Positions 29,361 to 41,003 of a stretch of 64,000 nt of DNA are shown piece after piece. The translations under genes were made by a program, and so were the position numbers. Below the pieces are notes generated by a model. That model made no database searches. It was not told the origin of the DNA and worked only from the letters and a program-made list of their open reading frames with translations. Each line of letters starts with the position of its first letter. The first letter of the stretch is position 1. The stretch is from Eukaryota sp. TZLM1-RC. Its lineage: Eukaryota; Protista; Metamonada: BaSk clade. The stretch lies in contig JAUPSS010000007.1 of assembly GCA_040285825.1 (NCBI GenBank), forward strand, positions 1,078,501 through 1,142,500, in the 5' to 3' direction.

Positions 29361-29408
29361 GGATGTGGAGTTTTAATTGTGTATTTCATATTTGTTGTTG
29401 AATAAAAA
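29361..29408 (+). mobile_element. 48-bp family E-like 3' tip in the D-element tail
   Basis: GGATGTGGAGTTTTAA...AATAAAAA flanked by TAGTTTGTTTTGTTT duplication; absent at 24262 and 34323. Confidence 0.75.
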
Positions 29409-30142
29409 TAGTTTGTTTTGTTTTGTTTTGTTTTGTTTCTTCGTAGAAAATAAATAATATATAAAATTTGCAATTAAATAAACGATTCAAATTAATGAGC
29501 TGACCACAACGATAAATGAAATCATTTGGCACATTGCATGGCCACAGAAAACACCTCATTTTTAAGGAAGTTGTCCATTGATGGTCATTTAACAATAGAT
29601 CGTAAACATTTGGAATCTGAGAAATGAGACAATTTTTTATTTAATACTTTTTTATTCAAACGCAATTGTTAACACTTAAAAATCACCTTTTCTCAAATTC
29701 CACATTGAAAAATTATTTTACAGCATGCACAACGTTGAGAACACCATCGATCCCTGGAGCTACTGAATCTGCCCTTCTTTTACCAAAGGACTCGTCAGTT
29801 TGATCTGGAGATAGCTTACGTACTAACGGTTCAATGAAACCCTCTATATTGAAACTTTTGCACATAGCTTATAATTAATCACAAACTGAGTCATGTACAA
29901 TTGAGCGATAAGTTATAAAATACTTGCAGCTTAAAATAAGGGAAAGCGTAACCACATTCTTGCAGCGACAGATTAAATCATTTGGTAACGAACAAGGCCA
30001 TAGGAAACATCTCATTGTTATAGCAGTGGTCCATCGATGATCATTGAGTAGAAGGGCATAAATGTTGGGAACGAAAATAAGACCAATTGCAATCGGAGAA
30101 CCATTGTCTCGTATTCTTGCTTCTGCTGTTTTTGGTAGGATT

Positions 30143-30199
30143 TTTTATTAACAAAATTTTAATTTTATTCAAAACCTATAAATCAACATCTAAAACATC
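30143..30199 (-). mobile_element. 57-bp family A 3' tip in F
   Basis: TSD TTTGGTAGGATT (30131, 30200); empty site at ~24982. Confidence 0.9.
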
Positions 30200-30562
30200 T
30201 TTGGTAGGATTGGTAAAAAAAGCTAAAGATTGTTTAGTCCTTTTCAATTTGGTATTAAAACAGTTGATGGAGCATCTTCTGCTGCCCTGTCTTCTGATGT
30301 TTTCTTCAATGCAAATAATTCAAATTATATTTTTAATTTAGATTTTGAAAACGCCTTTAATGCTGTTAAGAGGTCATCAATATTGCCCTTGTTGCAAACT
30401 CATTTCTCAGAAGCTGAATCTCTCTTTAACAATTCCTACGGTTCTCAATCAACACTTGTATATGAGGAATTTAATATTGTATCATCATCTGGTGTTAAAC
30501 AAGGTGCTCCATTGGGTCCTTTTTTTCTTTTGCCTCGCTATTCATCCTTTAATATGTGAATT

Positions 30563-30884
30563 TTTTTTATTAATTTTAATTTTATTCAAAACCTATAAAT
30601 CAACATCTAAAAAATCCATCTCTCCCAAAACAAAAACACTAGATGCAACTCTCTCATAGTGAGAACCAAGAGACAGCAAAGCATCAGAAACCATCTTCAA
30701 CATCCCCTTGAAAATAGAAAACACAATTCTATTTTGCCAAAACAATCTGTTGAAATTTCTCCCAGTTCTTCTCTTTACAATCAATTCAAAATAATCCAAA
30801 AAACGTAAAGCAGTTGGTGCAAGTGAACCAAAAAGGGAAAATACAAATGGATACAAATTGTATTTTGCATGCTGTAGACTGGCA
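30563..30884 (-). mobile_element. Family A 3' fragment in F
   Basis: TSD AATATGTGAATT (30551, 30885); empty site at ~25333. Confidence 0.9.
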
Positions 30885-30992
30885 AATATGTGAATTAAAA
30901 CAATTTTATCCAGAAATTGAAATACAGCTTATATGGATGACATTTCAATAATTGGTCCAATTGATACATTGAGAAAAATTGCTAAAGTTGTT

Positions 30993-32948
30993 GCATTTTT
31001 AATCTTGATTTCAAAAATGCTTTCAATTCAGTGAAAAGAGATTCAATTTGGAAAGAAATCAGATCAAATTTTCCTGAACTCGAAACCTTTTTTTATAGGT
31101 TTTATGGTAATTCATCTGATTTAATTTTTAATTCCTTTAATCTTGATTCTTTATCAGGAGTTAAACAAGGAGACCCTTTAGGTCCTTTCTTTTTTTGTCT
31201 TGCAATTCACCCAATTTTGAAAAAATTAAAAGAAGAAAATTCTGATCTTCAAGTGGTAGCTTACATGGATGACATTTCTTGTATTGGTCCAGAAAGTACA
31301 ATTAATAGAGTTGCTAATGAAGCTGCTACATTATACCAATCCATAGGTCTTGAGTTGAATGTTCAAAAATGTTTTTGTATTTCCAGGAAAAATGTTAAGT
31401 TAATAATTAATTCCCTTGAAGTTCCATATATTGATTATACTTCAACTAGTTTCTGCTTTCTTGGTTGCTATTTAGGTTCCGCCGAAAAGACACTTGATAG
31501 CCTTGAAAACTATTTAAATTCAATTAAAAAAGAGCTAGAAGTCATAAAGACCCTTGAATTGGAAAAACATCTTAAGTTTTTTCTTTTGAAAATTTGTTAT
31601 GCTGGAAAAATTACTCATTTACTGAGATCATTACCTCCATCCCTAACTTACAATTTTTGTAGACAATTTAACAAAATACGTACAGAATTTTTGGCTTATT
31701 TAATGTCTGTTGATCCATCAATTTTGAAAAATCATATTTTTTCTGATGTTCAACTTGGCGGTGTTGGATTCAATTCATCAAAATATTTGACCAAAGCTGC
31801 ATTTATTGGTGGTGGAAAAAATTTTGTATTTGAATTCTCTAGAAGATATCTTTTTGCCGAAAATCTTCTTGAAACTACAAATAGCCTATTCCTCGATAAC
31901 TTAAGAGAAGAAATATCCAGTTTATCTCCCGACTTATGGCAATCATGTTTCCCCATATCCATTCAAGAAAATCCAGACAGAAGTTTGTATTCTTTAAAAT
32001 TTGCGTTGAAAAAGCTCCAACGACATATTTTGAAAAAATTTGAAAGCAAGGATTTTATTGTTCGACTTAGCACGGCTAAGAAAGAAAATCCTGCTTTTGC
32101 AAATTTTTTGATTGATTTGAAGGACAGTTCATCTGCAGTTTTGATAAATCAAATTCCCCAGATTTATGGCCTATTTTTGAATGACGACAAATGGACCACT
32201 GCCATGAGAATGCGTTGTTATTTATGGCCTTGTAATTTGCCCAATGATTTGTTTTGCAAATGTGGAGCTGGTTTGACATTATCACATTTATTTAATTGTA
32301 ATAGATTTATTTCCTATCGTTCTACGTTGCATGATGCAGTCAGAGATCAAATCCATGCAATGTGTAATTCCTATCATATTGAATCATTTGTAGAACCTTT
32401 GCTGAGGTCTCTTGATATAAATGAAAGCGTAAGAGATTCAGAATATGGAAAACGACGTGCTGATGTTGTTGTGCCCTCGTTTGATGATGTCATGAATGTT
32501 GTTGATGTCGTAACAGTGGATTTTTGCAAGAAAAATGCCTTGAAAAATGCACAATCCGAAGTATCTCCCCTTGATGACTCCGAATTGTACAAACGGAAAA
32601 AATATGCAAATCCTTTAAAAGAATTGAAACATGTTCGCCATGTAGATTACCAAATTTGCCCATTTGCTATATCGTTATATGGTCGTCTTGGAAAACTGCT
32701 ATGAATTTTATTGATGATTTTGAAAATCTTGTAAAAAGAAGAATGAATAAGCGTTTTGATCGTTGCTTGTGGCTAAATCGTATTGTTTTTACTATTTTCA
32801 AATCAATTCCTAAAATGATTTCGAAAGCTTTGATGTCTGTCAGTGCACATTACGAAGAAATTGCTGTTGTGAGGTTTGATGGTGTGGAAGCTTGTTTTGA
32901 AGATATTGACTTCTAGACTGTGGTTTGGAAAATAAATTAAGAATACTA
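30993..32948 (+). mobile_element. Family B, 5'-truncated (duplicate of 25816-27772)
   Basis: ORF 31031-32704 (557 aa) plus frameshifted end to 32916. Confidence 0.9.
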
Positions 32949-34851
32949 AAAAGTTGTTCAACAGCAAAACAGGATTGTATTTTCTATTTTTAAGGGAATG
33001 GTAAAACTAATTTCTGATTCACTATCTTCTTTTGGGAAATTTTCTGAATCTTTAGCAAATAATTGTTTTGATGTAGGGGGGCAGGTTTTGAGGATGTTGA
33101 GTTTGAGTTGTGTATTTTATGTTTTCATATTCCTTATTAAATGAATAAAATTGAGCAATCAGAAAAAAAGTTGTTCAACAGTAATATTATGAAATTGGTC
33201 TTTCATTAAACATTTTCAAATGTTTATTGAATGTTAAAAACCCTGCTGAACTCATTATTGATGATCTAACTGTTCCTTTCATCAACTATTATGAATCAGG
33301 ATTTCGATTTTTTGTTTGTTATCTAGAAAATTTTGATGAAATTCGAAATCAACTTTCAACTCTTTTAGCAAATTTTGAACAGTATCTTGCTGTTCTTTTA
33401 GATTTAAACATAGAAAGACATCTCCAATTCTTCTTTCTCAGAATTTGTTATTCAGGTAAATTTACTCATGTCCTACGTTCAACCACACCAGCAATTTCTG
33501 TTAAATTTTGCAGAGTTTTTAACGAATTAAGAATCAATTTTTTGGCTAATTTGCTGGAAATTTTTTTGAATCAGTTTTTTTATTTTATTGAAAACTTATA
33601 AATCAACATCTAAAAAATCCATCTCTCCCAAAAGAAAAACACTAGATGCAACTCTCTCATAGTGAGATCCAAGAGAAAGCAAGGCATCAGAAACCATCTT
33701 CAACATCCCCTTAAAAATAGAGAACACAATTCTATTTTGCCAAAACAATCTGTTGAAATTTCTGCCAGTTCTTCTCTTTACAATCATTTCAAAATCATCC
33801 AAAAAACGTAAAGCAGTTGGTGCAAGTGAACCAAAAAGGGAAAACACATATTAACACTTGTATTTTGCATGCTGTAGACTGGCCAATTTGGACAAAGGTT
33901 CACTGTATTTTCTGAATTTGAAATTTTCAGCATTTGAAAGAGAATTATGAATTTCAGAATTAACAAGCCTTTCATTTGAAGCATTACAAGGATCAACAGA
34001 CATTACATCCAATAAAATGAAGCTTCCATCTAAATATTAGATATTAAATGATTTAAATAAGAATCTTTACTCGGAGTTTTCGTTTGTTCCTTTTGCCTTT
34101 TCGATTTTTGGTAACATTGGCACAGTCTGTCTTGAATTTTCTCAATGATTGTGGTAATTTATCTCGTTCAAGTGGTAAGAATTTTGCAGGGAATTTATGG
34201 AAGAATCGTATCACTTTTGCTTTGTACAGAAGTGTTCCCAAGTACTTAAATTTAATGATGTCCAAGTTGTATAAGGATTCATCAAGAGTTGGCGTGGAGA
34301 ATTTTGTTTCTTATGTGTTTTAGTTTGTTTTGTTTTGTTTTGTTTTGTTTCTTCGTAGAAAATAAATAATATATAAAATTTGCAATTAAATAAACGATTC
34401 AAATTAATGAGCTGACCACAACGATAAATGAAATCATTTGGCACATTGCATGGCCACAGAAAACACCTCATTTTTAAGGAAGTTGTCCATTGATGGTTAT
34501 TTAACAATAGATCGTAAACATTTGGAATCTGAGAAATGAGACAATTTTTTATTTAATACTTTTTTATTCAAACGCAATTGTTAACACTTAAAAATCACCT
34601 TTTCTCAAATTCTACATTGAAAAATTATTTTACAGCATACACAACGTTGAGAACACCATCGATCCCTGGAGCTACTGAAGCTGCCCTTCTTTTACCAAAG
34701 GACTCGTCAGTTTGATCTGGAGATAGCTTACGTACTAACGGTTCAATGAAACCCTCTATATTGAAACTTTTGCACATAGCTTATAATTAATCACAAACTG
34801 AGTCATGTACAATTGAGCGATAAGTTATTAAATACTTGCAGCTTAAAATAA

Positions 34852-35715
34852 TTTGGCTGATGCAAATTCTGATACCCTTGAAAAACTTCAAAAGTTGCAT
34901 CCTCAAGAAAATTTCAAGTGCAGCAAGCCTGATGTGTGTCCTTTTTGGATTGAAAATCCTATTACTGCAATTGAAGTTCTCAAAGCTATTCAAAAATTAC
35001 CAAAAGGGAAAGCAGCAGGCCCATCTGGAATTTCTTTTGATCTGTTAAAAATAGCGTGTTCCAGTGCTCCCGAAATTGCTGATGATCTAGCCCATTATTT
35101 TCAACAATTAATTGTTTTGAAAATTAATCCTCCTTTTGAATTACTTGCTGCACGTCTGATTGCTTTAGTAAAGCCTGGTAATGGAATTAAACCTGATGGA
35201 ATACGCCCAATTGCTGTTGGTGAATCTCTATCTCGTTTGCTGGCATCAATTGTCTTCGATCGTGTCAAAGACAAAGCTTCTACATTTTTGAATCCTCATC
35301 AATTTGGAATCAAAACAATTGATGGTGCTTCTGTTGCTGCTATTGCCTCTGATACTTTTTTTAATGCAGAGGAAAATAACTTTATTTTTAATCTTGACTT
35401 TAAAAATGCTTTTAATTCTGTAAAGCGAGAAGCAATTTTTGAAATAATTAAGTCTGATTTTCCTGAGCTATCGAGTTTTTTCTACCATTTTTATGGAGAA
35501 GAATCAGATTTAATATTTAATTCATTTGGTTTTAAATCATCTTCTGGTGTGAAGCAAGGTGATCCTTTAGGCCCATTATTGTTTTGTTTAGCTATTCACA
35601 AAACTTTAAATATCATTAAGCAAAAATACCCTTCTATAAAAATAGTTGCTTATATGGATGATATATCCTTGATTGGTTCATTTGATTTACTAAAATTAGT
35701 TGCTCAAGAAATTGC
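34852..35715 (+). mobile_element. Family A RT fragment, 5'-truncated
   Basis: ORF 34853-35737: GKAAGPSG, IRPIAVGE, GVKQGDPLGP, AYMDD; breaks at QEIA. Confidence 0.9.
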
Positions 35716-38700
35716 TTTTTTTTTCTCCCTCCCTTAGTCAATCCTCTCATATTTCACTTTCTGTCACGGCGTCAAAGTCGTACTGTGTCTCTGCCAAAAC
35801 GATGCCAGTGACTGACAGTGACTCCGATACTGATTGGAATGCCCAAGTGAAGGTTCTACCCGTCAGATCAAGCTTATCCCCTTCACTCCTCCACTCTCCC
35901 CACCCTCCAAGCTATGCTCGAAATTCTTCTCAAAAAAAAATTCAAATTCAAAAAATGATCAGTGTGCCGCAAAAAACACAAAACTCTCAAAAAATGTTCC
36001 CCGTTGCTCATCCTGTCATAAAGTTGGTCATAAAAAAATTCTAAAAAGTAGGAAAATTATCAAAATCCATCTACTTCTTATTCTGTAACTGCCGCTGCTG
36101 CTGAATCAAATAATTTAGAATTTAATTTACCTCCCAAACATGAGTGCACTGCAGAAGACAATGATGCAGTGATGTTAGACATTTGTCGTGAAGCAGGTCA
36201 AATTGATAATTGTGCTATTTGTAATGAAAAAGCTGAAAGATATATTTTAAAAAATAATTTATATGTATGCAATGTTTGCTCCTCCCTTGATACACTACGG
36301 CCTCCATGTAAGATTCCGAATGTTCTCAGTCCCAAGGCTTCCATTCCCTTTTCTGTTGCGTTTAGAACATTCAGTCTTGCTTTGATAAAGGGAGAATGGG
36401 ATGTTTTTTCTATTTGGAAATTCTTCCTTGAACAAAAATCAGGTTCTCGTCCACAAAAGGTTTTCACTTCAAAGAAACAACCCAAGAATAAGACTGTACG
36501 AAAACTTTTGCTACGTGGGAGATATGGTTCTGGGAAAAACGCTCTGTTCTCTTCTGATCTTGCTCCTGTGACTGATGAAACTGTAAATCAATTAGTAGAT
36601 CTGCATCCAGCTGAATTTCTTAATTTGGATAAACCATCTGCTTCACAATTTTGGAAACAAAATCCACTTTCTGAAAAAGAAGTTGAAACTGCCATTTTTC
36701 GTCTTCCATCTGGAAAAGCTCCAGGTCCTTCTGGAATAACTTTTGATATGCTGAAATCTGTGTGCCGCCAAAATTCCTTTATTATTAAAGATTTATGTTC
36801 CTTTTTTCAAGATGTTTTGACAATGAAAATTGTTCCACCCAAAGAATTAAGTGCATCACGGTTAGTGGCTTTAACTTAACCCAATGAAAAAGTTCGCCCA
36901 ATTGCTATTGGTGAACCCATTTATCGCCTGATGTCTTCAGTAATTTTTAACCGAGTTTCAACAAAAGCTAAAGAATACTTTTCTCCATTCCAATATGGAA
37001 TCAAAACCATAGATGGAGCTTCAGTTGCGGCTTTGACATCTGATCTATTTTTCAATTGTCACGAAAATAGTTGCATTTTTAATCTTGATTTCAAAAATGC
37101 TTTCAATTCAGTGAAAAGAGATTCAATTTGGAAAGAAATCAAATCAAATTTTCCTGAACTCGAAACCTTTTTTGATAGGTTTTATGGTAATTCATCTGAT
37201 TTAATTTTTAATTCCTTTAATCTTGATTCGTTATCAGGAGTTAAACAAGGAGACCCTTTAGGTCCTTTCTTTTTTTGTCTTGCGATTCACCCAATTTTGA
37301 CAAAATTAAAAGAAGAAAATTCTGACCTTCAAGTGGTAGCCTATATGGATGACATTTCTTGTATTGGTCCAGAAAGTACATTTAATAGGGTTGCTAATGA
37401 AGCTGCTACATTATACCAATCCATAGGTCTTGAGTTGAATGTTCAAAAATGTTTTTGTATTTCTAGGAAAAATGTTAAGTTAATAATTAATTCCCTTGAA
37501 GTTCCATATATTGATTATACTTCAACTAGTTTCTGCTTTCTTGGTTGCTATTTAGGTTCCGCCGAAAAGACACTTGATAGCCTTGAAAACTATTTAAATT
37601 CAATTAAAAAAGAGCTAGAAGTCATAAAGACTCTTGAATTGGAAAAACATCTTAAGTTTTTTCTTTTGAAAATTTGTTATGCTGGAAAAATTACTCATTT
37701 ACTGCGATCATTACCTCCATCCCTAACTTACAACTTTTGTAGACAATTTAACAAAATACGTACCCAATTTTTGGCTTATTTAATGTCTGTTGATCCATCA
37801 ATTTTGAAAAATCATATTTTTTCTGATGTTCAACTTGGCGGTGTTGGATTCAATTCATCAAAATATTTGACCAAAGCTGCATTTATTGGTGGTGGAAAAA
37901 ATTTTGTATTTGAATTCTCTAGAAGATATCCTTTTGCCGAAAATCTTCTTGAAACTACAAATAGCCTATTCCTCGATAATATAAGAGAAGAAATATCCAG
38001 TTTATCTCCCGAATTATGGCAATCATGTTTTCCCATTTCCATTCAAGAAATTCCAGACAGAAGTTTGTATTCATTAAAATTTGCGTTGAAAAAGCTCCAA
38101 CGACATCTTTTGAAAAAATTTGAAAGCAAGGATTTTATTGTTCGACTTAGCACGGCTAAGAAAGAAAATCCTGCTTTTGCAAATTTTTTGATTGATTTGA
38201 AGGACAGTTCATCTGCAGTTTTGATAAATCAAATTCCCCAGATTTATGGCCTATTTTTGAATGACGACCAATGGACCACTGCTATGAGAATGCGTTGTTA
38301 TTTATGGTCTTGTAATTTGCCCAATGATTTATTTTGCAAATGTGGAGCTAGTTTGACATTATCACATTTATTTAATTGCAATAGATTTATTTTCTATCGT
38401 TCTACGTTGCATGATGCAGTTAGAGATCAAATTTATGCAATGTGTAATTCCTATCATATTGAATCTTTTGTAGAACCTTTGTTGAGGTCTCTTGATATAA
38501 ATGAAAGCGTAAGAGATTCAGAATATGGAAAACGACGTGCTGATGTTGTTGTGCCCTCGTTTGATGATGTCTTGAATGTTGTTGATGTCGTAACAGTGGA
38601 TGTTTGCAAGAAAAATGCCTTGAAAAATGCTCAATCCGAAGTATCCCCCCTTGATGACTCCGAATTGTACAAACGGAAAAAATATGCAAATCCTTTAAAA

Positions 38701-39037
38701 GAATTGAAACATGTTCGCCATGTAGATTACCAAATTTGCCCATTTGCTATATCGTTGTATGGTCGTCTTGGAAAAACTGCTATGAATTTTATTGATGATT
38801 TTGAAAATCTTGTGAAAAAAAGAATGAATAAGCGTTTTGATCGTCGCTTGTGGCTAAATCGTATTGTTTTTACTATTTTCAAATCAATTCCTAAAATGAT
38901 TTCGAAAGCTTTAATGTCTGTCAGTGCACATTATGAAAACATTGCTGCTGTAAGGTTTGATGGTGTGGAAGCTTGTTTTGAAGATATTGACTTTTAGACT
39001 GTGGTTTTGAAAGTAAATTAAAATTAAATTAAAAAAA
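35716..39037 (+). mobile_element. Full-length family B element (~3.3 kb), disrupted ORF
   Basis: T9 leader, ATG 35802 (MPVTDSDSD), knuckle RCSSCHKVGH, CAIC..CNVC finger, RT+EN 36931-38997 (688 aa); internal TAA at 36877 and 5' frameshifts; A-rich tail. Confidence 0.9.
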
Positions 39038-39289
39038 ATGAATTTTATTGATGATTTTGAAAATCTTGTGAAAAGAAGAATGAATAAGCGTTTTGATCGT
39101 CACTTGTGGCTAAATCGTATTGTTTTTACTATTTTCAAATCAATTCCTAAAATGATGTCGAAAGCTTTGATGTCTGTCAGTGCACATTACGAAGAAATTG
39201 CTGTTGTGAGGTTTGATGGTGTGGAAGCTTGTTTTGAAGATATTGACTTTTAGACTGTAGTTTAATAATAAATTAAAATTAAATTAAAA
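39038..39289 (+). mobile_element. Family B 3' fragment abutting the tail of the full-length B
   Basis: ORF 39038-39253; tail identical to 53211-53248. Confidence 0.88.
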
Positions 39290-40320
39290 AATATTTTCAT
39301 ATGAATCGGCAATTTCTTGAGCAACCAATTCTAGTAAATCAAATGAACCAATCAAGGATATATCATCCATATAAGCAACTATTTTTATAGAAGGGTATTT
39401 TTGCTTAATGATATTTAAAGTTTTGTGAATAGCTAAACAAAACAATAACGGGCCATAAAATTGCCGATTCATATGAAAATATTGGGCTTCACCTTAATGC
39501 CAGCAAATGCCTTCTGATTGGCTCTTCTGCTCAAGACCTCGTGATAAACGATTCTATTGTCCCTTTTACTAATTATAGTAGTGATGCTTTTAAGTTCCTT
39601 GGTTGTTGGTTAGGAAATGTGCCTCAAATTCAGAATGAATTGCAAGTTATTTTGGAAAAAATGAAAATTGAACTTGATTCAATTTCTTCTTTAGATATAG
39701 AAAAACATATTAAATTTTTCATGCTTAAAATTTGCTACACTGGGAGAATAACCCACATTTTGAGATCTTGTGCTCCTTCCATAGCATTAGATTTTTGTCG
39801 TTCTTTTAATTCATTGAGAACAGAATTTTTTGCTGATTTATTGGATGTAGAACCAGGAATGTTGAAAAGCCATTTATTTTCTTCAGCAAATTTGGGTGGT
39901 ATTGGTTTTACTAAATCTTCAATTTTGTGTCAATCAGCATTCTTGGGTGGTGGCAAAAATTTTATTTATGAATTTTCTCGTAGATTTCCTGATGATTCTC
40001 ATCTGTTAGTCCCCAATTGTAGTCCCTATTTGTGTGAGTTATCTTGCGAACTTGAAAAATTACCGCCACAAATTTGGACCAAATGTTTTCCTCAATCAAT
40101 TCAAGAAATTCCAAACCGATCTCTATTTAATTTACAGTTTTGCTGTAAAAAGCTTCAACAAAAATTGTCAAAGATTTTTGAAAGCTTGGATTTTGATGTT
40201 AGACTTGGCTTGGCCAAGAAAAAGAATCCCGCTTTTGCAAATCTTTTACAAGATATGTGTGACAGTACTTCTTCTGCCTTAGTAACAACAATTCCACAAG
40301 TTTATGGTACTCTCTTATCA
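39290..40320 (+). mobile_element. Family A fragment with 5' inversion (39290-39454 inverted)
   Basis: Minus-strand GPLLFC...DSYENI followed by plus-strand EIADSYENIG...; 26-bp inverted overlap. Confidence 0.85.
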
Positions 40321-41003
40321 TGGACAACAAAAATTTCTGTTTTCAGAAGGGGAAGAAGAGTGAGCACTAGAAGCATTTAAATGTTGATCGTCAGAAACAT
40401 TATTTTCAGCACCTTTCACAACGGCATCAGCTGGAACAGAACATTCAAGAATTTGTTGAGCAGATTTTAATTCAATTTATCTTTTTTGTTTTTCAGGGCA
40501 TGTTCTCGAATTATGACCACTGATACCACAAATCGAACATTTTTTAGAACCTTTTAATGGTAAAGGTTATATTTTTTCTGTTATTTCTATTTTGTCAATT
40601 GGTGAGTTAAAAGTAGAAATAGATTTTTGACTTTTTCCAATTTCAGCTGGAGCAAACAAATTTCGAGAAACGGAGTTGTTAATAGAACGCGCAACAGAAC
40701 GTAAGGATCGTAATTGTGGTTTTTGGTTTTGTCATCAACTTGGTCATAAAAAAAATCTAAAAAGTGTGAAAATTATCAAAATCCATCTACTTCTTATTCT
40801 GTAACTGCCGCTGTTGCTGAATTAATTAATTTAGAATTTAATTTACCTCCCAAACATGAGTGCACTGCAGAAGACAATGATGCAGTGATGTTAGATATTT
40901 GAAGCAGGTCAATAATTGTGCTTGATAATTGTGCTATTTGTAATGAAAAAGCTGAAAGATATATTTTAAAAAATAATTTATATGTATGCCATGTTTGCTC
41001 CTC
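40321..41003. mobile_element. 5'-region fragments of family A (minus, to ~40725) and family B (plus)
   Basis: KKCSICGISGHNSRTCP on minus; decayed copy of 36015-36283 on plus. Confidence 0.78.

Larger units (their letters stand above)
23980..34851. repeat. ~5-kb tandem segmental duplication of a nested block (2 copies + partial third; units start ~23980, ~29063, ~34038)
   Basis: Same order and junctions: D 3' end, E/F minus fragments, F RT, B, E 3' end, F, A minus fragment. Confidence 0.9.

Noticed and set aside
35716-35830. HDV-like or hammerhead ribozyme in element leaders
   Set aside because: No hammerhead core or HDV nested pseudoknot could be built by eye; only a simple hairpin is supported.
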